64,000 nucleotides of DNA, from NCBI GenBank assembly GCA_015233405.1, contig JADFXT010000002.1, forward strand, positions 4,451 to 68,450, given 5' to 3'. Made by a program: the position numbers and the translations under genes. Positions 17,391-27,274 of the stretch are shown in pieces; position 1 is the first letter of the stretch, and every line of letters begins with the position of its first letter. The notes below the pieces were generated by a model. The model was not told the DNA's origin and ran no database searches. It saw only the letters and a program-made list of their open reading frames with translations. The stretch comes from Candidatus Omnitrophota bacterium (GTDB lineage Bacteria > Omnitrophota > Gorgyraeia > Zapsychrales > Zapsychraceae).

Positions 17391-18644
17391 ATGGCAAATA
17401 GTTCATCCTCTCCTCATTTTATGGAAGCGTTAAAAGAACGAGACATTCGTCTTTTTATTAGCTCGGTTGGTTTCTTTACATTGGCCAGCCGCGCCTTGGC
17501 GGTTGTTATCGCATTTCAAATTTATCAAATCACCAAAAGTGCTCTTTCTTTAGGTTGGTTGGGATTGTTTGAGGCTATTCCGGCAATTACGTTGGCGCCT
17601 TTCGGCGGGTATGTCGCGGATCATTTTAATCGGCGCAAAGTCCTTTTAATTACCCGCGGCGCCTCCGTTATTTGTGTGGGCGTTCTTGCGGGGGTGTCTT
17701 TAAAAACACACGGTCATACTTTGTTCTGGCTTTACGCCATGATATTTTTAGCTGGTGTCGCTCGCGGGTTTGCCGACCCAGCCGGAACCGCTTTCGAGGC
17801 GCAGGTGGTCCCCAAGCATTTGACAGTCAATGCCTCGTCGTGGATTGGCACGGTATGGATCAGCTGTGCGGTCATCGGCCCAGCCGCGATCGGTTTTATT
17901 TTCGACGCAGTTGGCGCAGCCAAATGTTACCTAATTCTCGCGGGGTCTTTTCTTATCTCGTGGGTATGCACGGCGTTCATCGCTCCTAAAGCCCAGACGA
18001 TCCTTAAGGATAAACCAAATATTTTTGGAAGTATTCGCGAAGGTTGGCAAGCCCTTTTTAATATTCAGCCTTTGGTAGCGGCAATGGCGTTGGACTTGTT
18101 CGCGGTCTTTTTCGGCGGAGCGATCATTTTGCTTCCTGTTTACGCAAGCGACATCCTTCACGTCGGAGCCAAAGGGCTTGGTCTCTTAAATGCCGCACCG
18201 TCGTTGGGGGCGTTGTTGATGACATTACGCTCGACTAAGCATCCCCCTATTGCGCGGGCCGGACGAAATCTTTTCTGGATGATTACGGGCTTTGGCATCA
18301 GTATGATCGTCTTCGCGTTCTCGAAAAATTTTATTTTGTCTTTAGTGGCGTTATTTTTTAGCGGTGTGTTCGATGGGGTCAGCATGGTCATCCGCCGGTC
18401 GATGGTTAGACTTTTATCTCCGGATCATTTACGTGGAAGGATTGCCGCAGCGGGTTCCATTTTCATCTGTGCCTCGAATGAACTCGGCGCCTTTGAAAGC
18501 GGAATGGTTGCTGCGTGGATAGGAACGGTGCCTTGTGTTGCCGCCGGAGGGTTGGTTACTCTCATCGTTGTTGCCCTAACAGCTCGCCTCGCCCCTCAGC
18601 TTCGCGCTCTACGTTTCGACACCTCGACGATGGATAGAAAATAA
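17391..18644 (+). CDS. MFS transporter (DHA3/EntS/MefA-like layout)
   Basis: 417 aa, about 12 TM helices. G.ADHFNRRKVL motif between TM2 and TM3. Confidence 0.85.
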   Translation: MANSSSSPHFMEALKERDIRLFISSVGFFTLASRALAVVIAFQIYQITKSALSLGWLGLFEAIPAITLAPFGGYVADHFNRRKVLLITRGASVICVGVLAGVSLKTHGHTLFWLYAMIFLAGVARGFADPAGTAFEAQVVPKHLTVNASSWIGTVWISCAVIGPAAIGFIFDAVGAAKCYLILAGSFLISWVCTAFIAPKAQTILKDKPNIFGSIREGWQALFNIQPLVAAMALDLFAVFFGGAIILLPVYASDILHVGAKGLGLLNAAPSLGALLMTLRSTKHPPIARAGRNLFWMITGFGISMIVFAFSKNFILSLVALFFSGVFDGVSMVIRRSMVRLLSPDHLRGRIAAAGSIFICASNELGAFESGMVAAWIGTVPCVAAGGLVTLIVVALTARLAPQLRALRFDTSTMDRK

Positions 18645-18659
18645 ATTTGGGCTTCAATT

Positions 18660-18923
18660 TTATGAATCTCTGTAAATATTTTTTCTATGCCCGACACGGG
18701 CAATAAGGATGAGAATTTCTTTGTCAGCGATTTTGTAGATGACCCTGAAATCTCCGACGCGGTAACGCCAGAGACCTTTGAGTGGTCCGGTGAGCGGCTT
18801 TCCTAATCCCTTGGGGTCTTTGGCTAAATGGTTTTCGATTTTATCGAGGACTCGTCTGCGGACCTGCTTATCCAGGGATTCGAAGTCTTGTTCAACGCTG
18901 TCCAAATAGAAAACTTTATACAC
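18660..18923 (-). CDS. RelE/ParE family type II toxin
   Basis: 87 aa. Typical ...GKPLTGPLKGLWRYRVGDFRVIYKI...ILILIARVGHRKNIY. Confidence 0.85.
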   Translation of the reverse strand: MYKVFYLDSVEQDFESLDKQVRRRVLDKIENHLAKDPKGLGKPLTGPLKGLWRYRVGDFRVIYKIADKEILILIARVGHRKNIYRDS

Positions 18924-19134
18924 CTAATCGTTTCCTCATTTCCGAGCTAGAAATCACCTTGCTTTTGGGGTCATTGAACCTGTCTTTGGCGATCTGGCCG
19001 TCTTCATACTCTGCGAAATAGTGCTTTAAGGCTTCTTCGACGTAGAATTTTTCCGTGCGGTTTGTTTTCTTGGCCAACACGTTTAACTTGCCGACCAACG
19101 ATTCTTCAATGCGGAACGCTTTAAGAATATTCAT
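18916..19134 (-). CDS. Ribbon-helix-helix type antitoxin
   Basis: 72 aa, 8-nt overlap with the toxin gene. N-terminal beta-strand plus two helices pattern; SD AAAGGAG. Confidence 0.7.
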   Translation of the reverse strand: MNILKAFRIEESLVGKLNVLAKKTNRTEKFYVEEALKHYFAEYEDGQIAKDRFNDPKSKVISSSEMRKRLGV

Positions 19135-19160
19135 GGATGAGCTCCTTTCTGTGATATATG

Positions 19161-19177
19161 TATAACATCATATAACA
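19161..19177 (-). promoter_or_regulatory. Direct repeat TATAACA-N3-TATAACA upstream of the antitoxin gene (candidate TA operator/promoter)
   Basis: Seen 27-43 nt upstream of ATG 19134. RHH antitoxins usually autoregulate through such repeats. Confidence 0.35.
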
Positions 19178-19271
19178 GAGAAATCAAGTGATTAATTACT
19201 AGTGGGACGTGTTTGGCGCCATTTCTGCGAAAGCCTTGCTCCGTCGCTTTATGCCACGGGCAAGTGGTAGT

Positions 19272-19290
19272 GGCGCCCCGAAGGGGCGTC
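19272..19290. other. GC-rich hairpin inside a ~100-bp GC-rich island (19196-19300)
   Basis: GGCGCCCC-GAA-GGGGCGTC. It shares the 10-mer GGCGCCCCGA with tRNA-Thr leader module copy B (copy A has GGCGCCCCGC). Confidence 0.3.
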
Positions 19291-19322
19291 TCTTGGCACC
19301 TTAACGATGGATAGAAGATAAT

Positions 19323-19730
19323 TTAATCGGGATAATTAAAGGAAATTTGATACTGAATGTCCGGATGAAGACTGTTGTGGACGGGGCAAGCATAAACAGC
19401 TTTTTCAAGCGTTGGACGTAGTGAGGCCGGAATTCCCGAACACATTTTGAAAGATAAGCCAATCTTGCCGACCATGTTTTTAGGAGAAGCGGCCATTTCT
19501 TTACTGACGTCAACAAAGGAGCCTTTGATGTCCACATTGTGTCGGCGCATAGAGTAAGCCATTATAGTTAAAGAACAGGATGCCAGAGCTAACGCCACCG
19601 CATCCGTCGGAGAAAAAGCCTCTCCCTTGCCCTGAAATTCTACGGTCGCATCTGTGGCACAATCAAATCCAAAATTATTCCGTGCTCGACAACGTAAATC
19701 GCCTTCATAAACAACTTTAACAGTTTCCAT
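19323..19730 (-). CDS. OsmC/Ohr family peroxiredoxin-like protein
   Basis: 135 aa. Two conserved Cys contexts (LASCSL and YACPVH) typical of OsmC. Confidence 0.85.
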   Translation of the reverse strand: METVKVVYEGDLRCRARNNFGFDCATDATVEFQGKGEAFSPTDAVALALASCSLTIMAYSMRRHNVDIKGSFVDVSKEMAASPKNMVGKIGLSFKMCSGIPASLRPTLEKAVYACPVHNSLHPDIQYQISFNYPD

Positions 19731-19796
19731 GAAAAGTTCCTTTCAGTTTATTAAACAATTAAATGCGAGTCCTTGATTGATTCGAAGAATTGCAGA

Positions 19797-21365
19797 TTAT
19801 TTTTTTTGTTCTTTTAATAGTTTATATTCGATGCTGTCGATGAGGGCTTCCCAGCTGGCTTCGATGATGTTTTCATGGACGCCGACGGTGGTCCAGGAGT
19901 CTGTGTCATCTTGAGATTCGATAAGGACGCGCACCTTGGCCGCGGTCGCTTCCTGAGCGTCGAGGACGCGGACCTTATAATCGGTCAGGCGCATTTCGGT
20001 AAGACAAGAATAAAATTTGGTCAAGGCCTGGCGAAGCGCCTTGTCGAGCGCATCGACCGGACCGTCGCCTTCAGAGGCCTGGAAACGTTTTTCTCCGTTA
20101 ACACTCAGGCGTACGGAGGCTTCCGCAAAAATTTTTCCGTCAAAGCGTTTTTCCGTCGACACTTTAAAGCCTTCCAGCGTAAAGAATGGCGGATATTTGC
20201 TTAAAAATCGTTTGATGAAAAGCTCGAACGACGCATCGGCCGCTTCGAATTGATAGCCTTCGTGTTCCTTCTTCTGAAGTTCTTCCAAAAGTTTTTTCGC
20301 CTCCGGAGATTTCTTGTCGAGCGTGACGTTCATCTTCTGCGCTTTAATAAGAATGGGCATCTTACCGGCTAATTCTGATGTTAAAAATCGGCTATGATTA
20401 CCGACGAGCTTTGGGTCCATATGCTCATAGGCCTTAGGATTTTTGATCATCGCATCAATATGGACGCCTCCCTTATGCGCAAAAGCCGAGTGTCCGACAA
20501 AAGCCGCGTTATCCAAAACGGTGGTATTACTGATCTCACTGATGAAATACGACGTTTCCATCAGTTTGTTTAAATTTTTTTCAGGGATGGCCTTGAGGTT
20601 CATCTTGGTCTGCAGAATCCCGATGATGGTGCACAAATCCGCATTGCCGCAACGCTCGCCGATACCGTTAAAAGTGCCTTGGATATGGCGGCAGCCTTCC
20701 TTAACAGCGGCAACAGAGTTCGCAACTGCCAGGCCTAAATCATTATGCGTATGAAATCCTAAAGGCGTTTTGACATGTTTCTTGACTTCTCTAATGATGG
20801 CGCAAACCTCGTCGGTCAAACATCCGCCGTTGGTGTCACAAAGGACAATACAATCAGCCTTGGCTTCTTCGGCCTTTAATATGGTTTTAATGGCGTACTC
20901 GGGATTATTTTTATATCCGTCAAAAAAATGTTCCGCGTCAAAGAAGACCTCTTTTTTATGTGCCTTAAAGAACGCGATAGTGTCATAGATCATGGCGAGG
21001 TTTTCTTCCAAAGAAGTCTTTAAGACGTCAGTGACATGCAAGTCCCATGTTTTTCCAAAGATCGTAACAGCAGGAGTCTGAGATTCCAGGAGCTCTTTAA
21101 GATTTTCGTCCTCTTCGACCTTGACGTTCGCTCGACGGGTTGAACTAAAAGCCGCAAGCTTGGCGCTTTTAAGTTTTTTATTCTTAAAAAGTTCGAAAAA
21201 TTCACGGTCCTTCGGATTAGAGCCCGGCCAGCCGCCTTCGATATAAAGCACTCCAAGATCGTCGAGTTTTTCCGCAATTTTGACCTTGTCGGTCACGGAA
21301 AACGAGATCCCTTCGGCCTGAGCGCCGTCGCGAAGCGTTGTGTCGTAGATGACGACCTTATCCAT
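19797..21365 (-). CDS. cimA: Citramalate synthase (LeuA/CimA family)
   Basis: 522 aa. YDTTLRDGAQAEGISFS, HTHNDLGLAVANS and a C-terminal LeuA-dimer-like domain, as in long-form CimA. Confidence 0.8.
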   Translation of the reverse strand: MDKVVIYDTTLRDGAQAEGISFSVTDKVKIAEKLDDLGVLYIEGGWPGSNPKDREFFELFKNKKLKSAKLAAFSSTRRANVKVEEDENLKELLESQTPAVTIFGKTWDLHVTDVLKTSLEENLAMIYDTIAFFKAHKKEVFFDAEHFFDGYKNNPEYAIKTILKAEEAKADCIVLCDTNGGCLTDEVCAIIREVKKHVKTPLGFHTHNDLGLAVANSVAAVKEGCRHIQGTFNGIGERCGNADLCTIIGILQTKMNLKAIPEKNLNKLMETSYFISEISNTTVLDNAAFVGHSAFAHKGGVHIDAMIKNPKAYEHMDPKLVGNHSRFLTSELAGKMPILIKAQKMNVTLDKKSPEAKKLLEELQKKEHEGYQFEAADASFELFIKRFLSKYPPFFTLEGFKVSTEKRFDGKIFAEASVRLSVNGEKRFQASEGDGPVDALDKALRQALTKFYSCLTEMRLTDYKVRVLDAQEATAAKVRVLIESQDDTDSWTTVGVHENIIEASWEALIDSIEYKLLKEQKK

Positions 21366-21368
21366 GAA

Positions 21369-22595
21369 TTAACCAACCTTTTCGAGTTGAAATTCTTTAT
21401 GCAAAGTTTTAACGGCTTTATTGACTTGGTCCTGGTTGATGATACAGGAAATGCTGATCTCGGAGGTCGAGATCATTTCGATATTGATCTTGGCTTTGGC
21501 CAGCGCTTTAAACATGCGCGCGGCAATGCCCTGATAAGAGCGCATCCCCGCTCCGACGATAGAAACGCGGGCGATATTCTTATCAAAGCTCACTTCACCG
21601 GCATTGATCTTTTTGGCGATCTTTTTGGTCGCGGCAATGGCTTTGGTGATGTCCACTTTCGGGACGGTAAAAGAAATGTCCGTGTGTTTAGTATGGCTGA
21701 CGTTCTGGACGATAACGTCAACGTTGACGCCAGCTTTGGATATTTCGGTAAATATTTTTGCAGCGACGCCGGCTTGGTCCGGAACCGCACAGATAGTGAT
21801 CTTGGCCTCCGAGGAATTACTGGTAACGCCACGGACGGTGATTTCTTCTAATTTTTCGTTGCCTTGAGTGATCATGGTTCCTTCCTCCTTCGAATAACTT
21901 GATCTGACGTGAATAGGAATATTAAATCTTCGGGCGACTTCAATGGAGCGCGCTTGCATGACCTGAGCCCCTAAAGACGCCATTTCGAGCATTTCATCAA
22001 ATGTGATCGTTTTGATCTTTTTTGCTTCTTTGACCTTGCGCGGGTCTGTCGTATAAATTCCGTCGACATCGGTGAAGATCTCGCAGACAGATGCCTTTAA
22101 GGCCTGAGCCAAGGCAACGGCAGTTAGATCCGAGCCTCCGCGGCCTAAGGTTGTAATATCATTTTCATCCGTAATGCCTTGATATCCGGCGACAATTACG
22201 ATCTTATTTTCTTCGAGGGCTTTTTTGATTCTGTGTCCGCTGATGGTTTCAATGCGCGCTTTTGTATGAGAGGTGTCGGTCTTTATGCCCACTTGCCCGC
22301 CGGTAAACGAAATAGAATCGCGGCCCAGCGCCTTGACCGCCATGGCCAAAAGGGCGCAGGAGATCTGTTCGCCGGTCGACATAAGCATATCCATTTCCCG
22401 CTCCGGAGGGTTTCCATTAAGCTGCAGCGCCAGGGCTTCCAATTCATCCGTGGTATCTCCCATGGCCGAAACGACGACGACAACGTCATTGTCTTTGGTC
22501 TTACGCTCGGCAACGCGCTGCGCTACCGCTTTGATTCGTTCGACGTTCTTGACGGAAGAGCCGCCGTATTTCTGGACAATAATAGGTCTGTTCAT
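21369..22595 (-). CDS. lysC: Aspartate kinase
   Basis: 408 aa. VQKYGGSSV, VVVVSAMGDTTD and two C-terminal ACT domains. Confidence 0.95.
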   Translation of the reverse strand: MNRPIIVQKYGGSSVKNVERIKAVAQRVAERKTKDNDVVVVVSAMGDTTDELEALALQLNGNPPEREMDMLMSTGEQISCALLAMAVKALGRDSISFTGGQVGIKTDTSHTKARIETISGHRIKKALEENKIVIVAGYQGITDENDITTLGRGGSDLTAVALAQALKASVCEIFTDVDGIYTTDPRKVKEAKKIKTITFDEMLEMASLGAQVMQARSIEVARRFNIPIHVRSSYSKEEGTMITQGNEKLEEITVRGVTSNSSEAKITICAVPDQAGVAAKIFTEISKAGVNVDVIVQNVSHTKHTDISFTVPKVDITKAIAATKKIAKKINAGEVSFDKNIARVSIVGAGMRSYQGIAARMFKALAKAKINIEMISTSEISISCIINQDQVNKAVKTLHKEFQLEKVG

Positions 22596-22615
22596 TCTTG
22601 GTTCTGTTCTCCTTT

Positions 22616-23818
22616 TTAAAGGTGTTCTTTAATGAAGAAATTGATCAACGATTCGCCGTTTTCAAAAGCCCAATCGCTTTCTTTGGCGGTTTTTTCGTTA
22701 AATTCCTGAGTCCCACTCTCCGGGATGTTTTTCCCGAACATGATAAATCCGACGGGGTCGTCTGTGTGCGTCCGTAGTTTTATCGGTGTCGGATGGTCCG
22801 GTACAACCAGGATGCGGATATCGTCGTGGCTCTTAAAATAATTTAAGACGGTCCCGACAATGTCTTTGTCAATATGTTCAATGCAGCTGATCTTGGCTTT
22901 GATATCGCCATTATGCCCAGCCTCATCGGGCGCTTCGATATGGATATAAACAAAATCATTTTTCTTTAAAGCCTTAAGCGCATACTCAGCCTTGCCGAGA
23001 TAGTTGGTGTCATAATAACCGGTAATGCCGGGAACTTTCACGATTTCTAGGCCAATCAGTTTTCCCAAACCGTTGACGAGGTCTACCGCTGAAATGATGC
23101 CGCCTTTAAGATTATATTTCTCGACGAATAACGGCATTTGCGGCTTCTGTCCCTGGCTCCAGAGCCAGATCATATTGGCCGGGTTTTCTTTTAAGTCAAT
23201 CCGCACCTGATTAATAGGATGATCTCTTAAGACCTCCCGGGATTTTTCCATGAATCCCAGGATGAGCTCGGCGAATTTTCCTTTAGGTAAATATTTTTTA
23301 ATGTCTTTTCCTAAAATATCATGCGGAGGCGTCGTCTCAATGTCCAGATAGCGTTTGACATCCGGGTCTTTCACCACGAGAAGATGCCGGTAACTTTTTC
23401 CTTCATAAAATTTGATTTTGTCCGACCCAAGTTTCTGATTTAATTCCTGAATAAGGACTTTGGCCTCTTCATTACGGATATGTCCGGCGCTATAATCTGC
23501 CATTTTTTCGTCTTCCACGGTAACGAGGTTACAGCGGAAAGCGACTTCATCTTCATGTAGATGAATGTTAAGATTTGCCGCTTCTAAGGGCGCACGGCCA
23601 TAAAGATATTTTTTAGGGTCATATCCGAGCAAAGACATGTTGGCGACGTCGGAACCTGCAGACATTCCTTTAGGGATAGTCCGGACACGTCCAACCCGGC
23701 CGTGTTGAGCCAGATAATCCATGTTCGGGGTCTTGGCTACCTCCAGAGGCGTTTTCTCTGCCAATAGTTCTAAAGGTAAATCGGCCATTCCGTCGGGGAC
23801 AATGAGGATGTATTTCAT
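22616..23818 (-). CDS. ApgM-family cofactor-independent phosphoglycerate mutase homologue (family also proposed as alternative homoserine kinase)
   Basis: 400 aa. VPDGMAD, HIEAPDEAGH and VVPDHPTP metalloenzyme motifs; sits between thrC and lysC. Confidence 0.85.
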   Translation of the reverse strand: MKYILIVPDGMADLPLELLAEKTPLEVAKTPNMDYLAQHGRVGRVRTIPKGMSAGSDVANMSLLGYDPKKYLYGRAPLEAANLNIHLHEDEVAFRCNLVTVEDEKMADYSAGHIRNEEAKVLIQELNQKLGSDKIKFYEGKSYRHLLVVKDPDVKRYLDIETTPPHDILGKDIKKYLPKGKFAELILGFMEKSREVLRDHPINQVRIDLKENPANMIWLWSQGQKPQMPLFVEKYNLKGGIISAVDLVNGLGKLIGLEIVKVPGITGYYDTNYLGKAEYALKALKKNDFVYIHIEAPDEAGHNGDIKAKISCIEHIDKDIVGTVLNYFKSHDDIRILVVPDHPTPIKLRTHTDDPVGFIMFGKNIPESGTQEFNEKTAKESDWAFENGESLINFFIKEHL

Positions 23819-24456
23819 AAATTTTCCTTAATTGCTTTAATTAAAAGTTTTGATAACCCTTCTTTTTTTGATGCTTTCGCTAAAATGTTTCCTTTTGTGT
23901 CTACGATATACGCCAGATATTGATTGCCGGAAATACTGTTAACAACCGCCAAATTGCATTGGGCCTTTTCGAATAAATTTTTGGTGTAACGTTTAATGTT
24001 TCCTTCGGAAATCTTCGGCTCTAACTTAAATCCTACCAAAAAAGATTTTGGAGCTATTCTTTTTAACTGCTCAATGATTTTCTTCGTCGGAACAAGCTTA
24101 AGGTCAAGGCGTGTCAAATGAGAACTTAATTTCGACCTAAAAGTTTTTTTTAGCTGATAATCCGAAACCGCAGCCAGATGAATGATAACGTCAAAATGAT
24201 CAGTCAGTTGTTTCTTTAAAAGAGCAAAAAGTTCGTCGTAAAGTTTAAATTTAAGGATCTTAATCGTTTTCGATTCGAGCGGCCGTTGGACCGGCCCTTC
24301 GATTAAGGTGACCTTGCCTCCGGCGCGGGCGAAATCCTGAGCCAGCATTTGTCCTAGTGTGCCGGTCGAAATATTACTGATCACGCGTACATCGTCGATC
24401 GGGACCCAAGTCGGCCCGCAGGTGATAAGGACTTTTATCAAAGAACGTTTCATCAT
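23815..24456 (-). CDS. CoaB-like (phosphopantothenate--cysteine ligase domain) protein, stand-alone
   Basis: 213 aa. ITCGPT...IDDVRVISNISTGTLG, AAVSDY and VGFKLE align with Dfp/CoaB motifs. No CoaC domain. Confidence 0.7.
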   Translation of the reverse strand: MMKRSLIKVLITCGPTWVPIDDVRVISNISTGTLGQMLAQDFARAGGKVTLIEGPVQRPLESKTIKILKFKLYDELFALLKKQLTDHFDVIIHLAAVSDYQLKKTFRSKLSSHLTRLDLKLVPTKKIIEQLKRIAPKSFLVGFKLEPKISEGNIKRYTKNLFEKAQCNLAVVNSISGNQYLAYIVDTKGNILAKASKKEGLSKLLIKAIKENL

Positions 24457-25532
24457 TAAAATCCGATGTGCTTTAAAATCACTTTTAAATCCGCGTCGAG
24501 GACTGTCGGCTCTTTAACGTTTCCGATCGCGATATTTGGGTCTTTAAGCCCATGGCCGGTCAAGGTGCAGGCAATTCGTGCGCCTTGGGCATTCTTAAAA
24601 TAGCCAGCTTCGGATAATTTAAGCATCCCCGCGACTGATGCGGCAGACGCAGGCTCGACGAAAACGCCGTCTTTCTGCGCTAAAAGTTTATAGGCGTTTA
24701 AAATTTCTTCGTCAGTCACCATATCAATCAAGCCGCCGGATTCATCTCTCGCCGCCTCGGCTTGTTTCCAGCTCGCCGGGTTTCCAATACGAATCGCGGT
24801 CGCTATGGTTTCAGGTTTTTCAACGATTTTTTTGCGGACAATCGGCGCAGCTCCTTCAGCTTGAAATCCCAGCATTTTAGGCAGCTGCGTATTTTTCCCG
24901 ACTTGTTTATATTCTTTATACCCTTTCCAGTAAGCCGTGATGTTACCGGCGTTTCCGACGGGAATGGCGTGAAATTCCGGCGCATCGCCCAAAACATAGC
25001 TGATCTCAAACGCCGCGGTTTTCTGTCCTTCGATACGGTAAGGGTTCAGTGAATTGACTAAAGTAATTGGATATTGCGATGTAATGCTTTTGACCATGTT
25101 CAAGGCTTCATCGAAGTTGCCTTTAAGCGCGATGACATCAGCATTATGCATCATGGCCTGCGCTAATTTTCCTAAGGCGATTTTTCCGTCTGGAATAAGG
25201 ACGATACATTTCATGCCGGCGCGGCAGGCATAAGCTGCGGCGGACGCGGAGGTGTTTCCCGTCGACGCACACATAACTGCTTTGGAGCCCTCTTCCTTGG
25301 CTTTCGAGATGGCCATGGTCATGCCGCGGTCTTTAAACGAGCCCGTTGGGTTTAGTCCTTCATATTTAAGGTAGACTTTAAGTCCCGTTTTTTCTGAGAG
25401 ATACTCCGACGGAATTAGCGGCGTGTGGCCTTCTAAGAGGCTTACGATAGGCGTTTTATCCGTGACCGGTAAATATTCGCGGAAGCGTTCAATGATCCCT
25501 TTATAAATTAGTTTCGGTGGCTGGTTTACCAT
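24456..25532 (-). CDS. thrC: Threonine synthase
   Basis: 358 aa. PLP-Lys motif [10 protein letters not shown] and GNAGN loop. Confidence 0.95.
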   Translation of the reverse strand: MVNQPPKLIYKGIIERFREYLPVTDKTPIVSLLEGHTPLIPSEYLSEKTGLKVYLKYEGLNPTGSFKDRGMTMAISKAKEEGSKAVMCASTGNTSASAAAYACRAGMKCIVLIPDGKIALGKLAQAMMHNADVIALKGNFDEALNMVKSITSQYPITLVNSLNPYRIEGQKTAAFEISYVLGDAPEFHAIPVGNAGNITAYWKGYKEYKQVGKNTQLPKMLGFQAEGAAPIVRKKIVEKPETIATAIRIGNPASWKQAEAARDESGGLIDMVTDEEILNAYKLLAQKDGVFVEPASAASVAGMLKLSEAGYFKNAQGARIACTLTGHGLKDPNIAIGNVKEPTVLDADLKVILKHIGF

Positions 25533-26821
25533 AATTGCTCCATGATACGGATGGCGACCGGCTGGCTCTTGACGATAGGAAGTTTTTGGATTCTTTCCAA
25601 GGCGTCCTGAAGCATTTTATTCGTAGCAAAATCCGTGAGCATGACGACGGGCACAGCGGACGTCTTGTCATGGACTTTTTGATTGACCGAATTAATACTG
25701 ATGCCGTGTTTTCCTAAGATTCCAGCGATGGCAGCCAAAACACCGGGTTTGTCGATGGCCATAAATCGGATATAAAATTTGTTTTTGACCTGGTCGATCT
25801 TACGGATTTTTAATTTTACGTTCTCGTCGTAAAGATTGCAGAACAGATTGGCATTCGGTTCTTTGCCGGACAAATTGATGAGGTCGCTCACCACCCCGGA
25901 GGCTGCGGCCATTTGCCCTGCCCCTTCGCCGGATAACAGAATGCTTCCTAAAGGATCGCAATCCAAAAACACCGCGTTATAAACGTCGTTGATGGACGCT
26001 AAAGGATTATCATTTGAAATCAGCGTCGGATGGACTCGCGCTTCAATCTCATCGTCTTCTTTTTTCGCGATGGCCAATAATTTCACTGTATAGTTAAGAT
26101 GGCTCACGTATTCGATATCGGACTGGGCGATCTGGGTGATCCCCTCGACGTACATGTCGGTGGCTTTGATCTTTTTCCCAAACGCTAAATAGATCAGGAT
26201 CGCCAATTTATGCGCGGAATCCATACCATTAATATCCAACGTCGGGTCACTTTCGGCATACCCTTTCTTCTGGGCTTCCTTAAGCGCCTGGGCGAAGGTA
26301 AAACCCTTCTTGGTCATTTCGGTCAAGATATAATTACAGGTCCCGTTGATGATGCCATAAACACCTTTAAATTTATTACCGACCAAACCTTCGGTCATGC
26401 TTTTGATGATAGGAATACCCGCTCCGACGGATGATTCGAAAAATAGATGGCAATTTTCTTTTTTGGCGAGTTCAAAGAGTTCCTTGCCGCTGTCGGAAAT
26501 GAGCGCTTTATTGGCAGTTACGATGTGTTTTTTGGCTTTAAGAGCCCGGACAACAATATCTTTTGCCGGATTAAGTCCACCGATAAGCTCAATGACGACG
26601 TTGATTTCTGGGTCGTTGACAATATCTTCATAATTCGTCGTGAGTTTCGCGTCTTTAATATGCTGGGTGTCTTTTTGATGAATGGCAAGGTCACAAACGG
26701 TTTTTATGATAAATTCCGTATTAAATCTGTTTTGGATATAGGCCTTCCGCTTTTCTAAAAGTTGGACTACGCCGGAGCCGACGGTGCCATATCCGATAAG
26801 TCCTACATTGATTTTATTCAT
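25526..26821 (-). CDS. hom: Homoserine dehydrogenase
   Basis: [14 protein letters not shown] fold, catalytic domain, C-terminal ACT domain. Start taken at ATG 26821 (MNKINVG...), overlapping the pilZ stop (ATGAATAA). The track ORF starts at 26845. Confidence 0.9.
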   Translation of the reverse strand: MNKINVGLIGYGTVGSGVVQLLEKRKAYIQNRFNTEFIIKTVCDLAIHQKDTQHIKDAKLTTNYEDIVNDPEINVVIELIGGLNPAKDIVVRALKAKKHIVTANKALISDSGKELFELAKKENCHLFFESSVGAGIPIIKSMTEGLVGNKFKGVYGIINGTCNYILTEMTKKGFTFAQALKEAQKKGYAESDPTLDINGMDSAHKLAILIYLAFGKKIKATDMYVEGITQIAQSDIEYVSHLNYTVKLLAIAKKEDDEIEARVHPTLISNDNPLASINDVYNAVFLDCDPLGSILLSGEGAGQMAAASGVVSDLINLSGKEPNANLFCNLYDENVKLKIRKIDQVKNKFYIRFMAIDKPGVLAAIAGILGKHGISINSVNQKVHDKTSAVPVVMLTDFATNKMLQDALERIQKLPIVKSQPVAIRIMEQLW

Positions 26822-27233
26822 GGATATTGTCTCCTTGGGTATCAAAAACTTCCATCATTTTGGTGATCAGAAAATCAGCCTGCGGGCTTAAAGTTTCAAA
26901 TTGAAGCCGGGTTTCATAAATGATCCCCTCCACCTTCGGGTGAGACGCCAGGACAAAGCCTTCGAGATAAGTGATATCGGATAGGTACGGGGTTCTTAGC
27001 TCCATCGCGATTTTTGTCGACGGTGGATAGGCTTTGGTGGTAATAAAACAAAGCCCCCCTTTGCTGATGTTCTTAAGCTGTGTTAATTCAATTTTTGTTG
27101 ATGGATTATCTTTTTCAAAATAATTTAAGATAAAATTTTTGTTAATACGTCTATGGGTGCGGCGTTCGACCCATTTAGCCTCTTCTTCTTGTTCTTTGGG
27201 AGTTGATGGTTTCTGCGGTTTATTATTAAACAT
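26814..27233 (-). CDS. PilZ domain protein (putative c-di-GMP receptor)
   Basis: 139 aa. RRTHRR...N.SKGGL motifs (RxxxR and D/NxSxxG). Confidence 0.75.
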   Translation of the reverse strand: MFNNKPQKPSTPKEQEEEAKWVERRTHRRINKNFILNYFEKDNPSTKIELTQLKNISKGGLCFITTKAYPPSTKIAMELRTPYLSDITYLEGFVLASHPKVEGIIYETRLQFETLSPQADFLITKMMEVFDTQGDNIHE

Positions 27234-27274
27234 CGTTCCCCTTTTTGTTTACCTGGAATGCGGATTAAAATCAA

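Noticed and set aside
19196-19300. GC-rich island as a known housekeeping RNA (tmRNA, SRP RNA, RNase P RNA, 6S) or a tRNA fragment.
   Set aside because: None of the conserved sequence signatures I know for these RNAs is present, and no cloverleaf can be drawn.
21387-22632. Several 80-154-aa ORFs antisense to or out of frame with lysC.
   Set aside because: They are shadow ORFs inside a clearly conserved aspartate kinase gene, with Arg/Gly/Asp-rich nonsense-like composition.
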